NCBI GenBank assembly: GCA_041497195.1
Contig: JBGQGB010000004.1
Coordinates: 1,770-65,769 of the forward strand
DNA: 64,000 nucleotides
Direction of reading: 5' to 3'
DNA from: Candidatus Doudnabacteria bacterium
GTDB taxonomy: Bacteria > Patescibacteriota > Doudnabacteria > UBA920 > 2-01-FULL-46-14
Below are positions 61,736 to 64,000 of the stretch, one piece after another. The notes under the pieces are model-generated. The model had not been told where the DNA came from and made no database searches. It saw nothing but the letters and a program-made list of their open reading frames with translations. Numbering within the stretch: position 1 is the stretch's first letter; each line of letters starts with the position of its first letter. The position numbers and the translations under genes are program-made.

Positions 61736-62733
61736 TTGATAAAGCTCGCGTCAAAGGCCCAGCGCGTGCAACGGGCGACTTCGGCAGCGCTCAAGATTTT
61801 TTCTTTTTTGAGAAACTCTTGCTCCTTGTAGATATTCGTCCGGTACATTTCCGGTCCGTCGGTATTGATAGTGAACCGGACATGATTTTTCAGAAGCGTC
61901 CGCAGCGCTAGTTTGAGTTCGGCCGGATTTTTCATCACGCTGTTGCGCAAGTTCGACGTCGGGCAGATTTCCAGAGTAATTTTGTTTTTTGCCGTTTCTT
62001 TCATGAGTTCCCGGTCCTTGTAGCAGAGGATGCCGTGGCCAATCCGGTCTGGTCTGATTTCCCGGACCACGTACCACATTTCTTCCAGACCGTTTTCCTC
62101 GCCAGTGTGCACGGTGATACCCAGTCCGGCGCGTTTGGCTTGCTGAAACAACGGTGCTAGTTGCTTCATGGAAAAAGTTTTTCGCCACGGCCCTGCCACG
62201 TCCACGCCGATGACGCCCTGCGATTTGTATTTGATTGCTTTCTTGAGGATTATTTCGTTTTGTTTGAAACTTAACGTTCGATCCATCATCAGGATTATTC
62301 CGGCTTTGACCTGCGGGTATTCCAGCGTGGCTTTGTCCAGGCCCCAGACTGCGGACATGATGATATGGTCGAGATCGCGTTCACCGCCGCGGTTACGTTT
62401 CATGGGATTGAATCGTAGTTCCTGCAGGACCAGATTGCAGGCCCGGTAGCCTCCGCCGATGACGCTTTTGACCGACTCCTCCACGGCTTCCGGAGAGGAC
62501 TGGATCAGTTCAGTCCAGCGGAAAAAATGATAATGCATTTCATTCAGGTTTTTGTTCCGTTCGTTTCCGCTCATAGTGATGAGTTTCTCGAAATCCCAGT
62601 AATTTTTACTGGGCAGTTTGATTCCTTGGCGGTGGGCGATAGACCACAAAAGAGGCGGATCAACAGCCGCACCCAGGTGGGTATGCAGTTCTGCTCTAGG
62701 AGTAGTAGTTTTTTGCGGCATGTTGCTATCCAA
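61732..62733 (-). CDS. add: adenosine deaminase
   Basis: ELHTHLGAAVD (HxH metal site), GVIGVDVAG, FTINTDGP (SLNTDDP-like). 333 aa. 4-nt overlap with guaA. Confidence 0.8.
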   Translation of the reverse strand: MDSNMPQKTTTPRAELHTHLGAAVDPPLLWSIAHRQGIKLPSKNYWDFEKLITMSGNERNKNLNEMHYHFFRWTELIQSSPEAVEESVKSVIGGGYRACNLVLQELRFNPMKRNRGGERDLDHIIMSAVWGLDKATLEYPQVKAGIILMMDRTLSFKQNEIILKKAIKYKSQGVIGVDVAGPWRKTFSMKQLAPLFQQAKRAGLGITVHTGEENGLEEMWYVVREIRPDRIGHGILCYKDRELMKETAKNKITLEICPTSNLRNSVMKNPAELKLALRTLLKNHVRFTINTDGPEMYRTNIYKEQEFLKKEKILSAAEVARCTRWAFDASFIK

Positions 62734-62752
62734 AAATTAAAAAGAAAAACTG

Positions 62753-63811
62753 CTAGTAGTTGGGTGCCCTTTTGGTGATTGTGATTGAATGCGGATGGGA
62801 TTCACGCAGGCCGGCATTGGTAATGCGGATGAAGCGGGCTTGCTTCCACATCGCCTCGATAGAGCGGGCGCCGATATAGCCCATGCCCGAGCGCAGCCCG
62901 CCGGTGATCTGTTCCACGACGTCTTTTACCGGTCCTTTGTATTGCACAGCTCCGGTGACGCCCTCGGGGATTTTGATTCGGGCATTTTTCTGAAAATAGC
63001 GGTCAGAGGAACGGTTGCTCTGCATGGCTTCGAAACTGCCCATACCCCGATAGGTTTTCATCAGCTCTCCGTGAAGCTTCTCGATTTTGCCAGGGGTTTC
63101 TTTGGTCCCAGCTAGCATGGAGCCCAGCATCACGGTCGAGGCCCCGGCGGCCAAGGCTTTGACCACGTCTCCGGAGTAGCGCACGCCGCCGTCGGCAATG
63201 ACCGGGATTTTTTTCTTTTTGACTATTTCTACGACATTCAAAATCGCGGTCAATTGTGGGACGCCGACTCCTGCCACGACCCGAGTCGTGCAGATGGAGC
63301 CTGGGCCAATGCCGACTTTGATGCCATCAGCAAATTTGGCCAACTCAACTGCTGCTTCACGGGTGGCGATATTGCCGACTATGAGCTGGGCCTTGGTAGC
63401 TTTTTTTATTTCTCGCGCACTTTTGAGGGCGCGCAAGTTGTGCGCATGCGCAGTGTCAACGACGATGACGTCAGCGCCGGCTTTGTCGAGGGCGAGAGCA
63501 CGCTCGAGGTCGCCCGGGCCAACTGCGGCCGCGGCCAGAACCCCGGCGCGTTTAACAGCCTTGAGCATGCCAACTTGTTTTTCTATCGAGCAATTGCGGT
63601 GCAGGACCGCGACGCCGCCGAGTTTGCCCAAAGAAATAGCCATGGCGGTTTCGGAAACCGTATCCATGGCTGCGGCTATAATCGGGATTTGGATGGTAAG
63701 TTTTTTGGTTAGACGAGTTCGAAGAGTGACCTCGCCTCGACTGACTCCTGACGCTTGAGGTTGCAGAAGTACGTCATCAAAAGTTAATCCTAGTGGAAAT
63801 TGCACGTCCAT
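62753..63811 (-). CDS. guaB: IMP dehydrogenase, short form lacking the CBS subdomain
   Basis: Catalytic loop [42 protein letters not shown]-terminal [19 protein letters not shown] (IMPDH-type end, not GuaC-type). Only 352 aa. Confidence 0.8.
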   Translation of the reverse strand: MDVQFPLGLTFDDVLLQPQASGVSRGEVTLRTRLTKKLTIQIPIIAAAMDTVSETAMAISLGKLGGVAVLHRNCSIEKQVGMLKAVKRAGVLAAAAVGPGDLERALALDKAGADVIVVDTAHAHNLRALKSAREIKKATKAQLIVGNIATREAAVELAKFADGIKVGIGPGSICTTRVVAGVGVPQLTAILNVVEIVKKKKIPVIADGGVRYSGDVVKALAAGASTVMLGSMLAGTKETPGKIEKLHGELMKTYRGMGSFEAMQSNRSSDRYFQKNARIKIPEGVTGAVQYKGPVKDVVEQITGGLRSGMGYIGARSIEAMWKQARFIRITNAGLRESHPHSITITKRAPNY

Positions 63812-64000
63812 AATCTATTATATAGGAAAGGTCTTATTTTTGGCAAATTTCCAAAACTCGGAACCTGCCTGAAAGATCTTTATGAAATTCGGGCTTGGTT
63901 CTGGGGAAGTATTTTTTGGAGATTCGCCACACCGCCTGTTTTTGCCGCGGATCAAATTCTATTAGCACAACACTCGCGCCAATTCTGTCTTTGGCAGCTT

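Noticed and set aside
1-64000. Alternative genetic code 25 (UGA=Gly), as in some CPR lineages
   Set aside because: gatC terminates with TGA that overlaps the gatA ATG. Other genes end cleanly at TGA with downstream terminators (e.g. the 38-codon ORF). No long ORFs are recovered by reading through TGA.
1-64000. CRISPR arrays, rRNA genes, transposases/integrases, prophage genes
   Set aside because: No regularly spaced direct repeats of 25-40 nt, no rRNA-like conserved stretches, and no ORF with DDE/tyrosine-recombinase motifs were seen.

Overview
The window reads as a gene-dense bacterial chromosomal segment of roughly 50% GC. TGA is used as a stop codon (gatC ends in TGA overlapping the gatA ATG), so genetic code 25 is excluded. 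Most genes are core housekeeping: ileS, recO, uvrD/pcrA, rsmA/ksgA, recG, an ECF sigma/anti-sigma pair, comFC, clpC-like, recX, htpX, lemA, gatCAB, miaA, thrS, cdd-like, dnaE, an FtsW/RodA SEDS protein, bL25/Ctc, and a purine salvage block guaB-add-guaA plus purA. There are three tRNAs: Arg-GCG, Ser-TGA and Ser-GCT. Many predicted proteins are membrane-anchored or secreted and carry low-complexity P/T/S tails. That feature, the purine salvage-only content, the weak or absent SD sequences and the CBS-less IMPDH are compatible with a reduced-genome lineage such as CPR/Patescibacteria, but this is inference only. The main non-housekeeping feature is a co-directional block of about 15 kb (16301-31310, + strand) that looks like a minimal Gram-positive-type type IV secretion or conjugation-like apparatus: a VirB6/TrbL-like polytopic protein with a ~500-aa tail, a PrgI/VirB3-like protein, a VirB4/TraE-like ATPase split into two adjacent ORFs in different frames, a VirB1-like lytic transglycosylase, a pilin-like small secreted protein, a large secreted protein with tandem Ig-like repeats, two proline-rich proteins and a TolB-like propeller. 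No VirD4 coupling protein or relaxase is visible in the window. Downstream of this block, a MazF/PemK-like toxin gene follows a G11 homopolymer tract, with no clear antitoxin. Other candidate RNA elements are a probable T-box leader upstream of thrS, an orphan promoter / SD / 38-codon ORF / terminator unit between dnaE and cdd, and a tRNA-Ser leader containing a tRNA-like 5' fragment. No CRISPR array, rRNA, transposase or integrase was seen.
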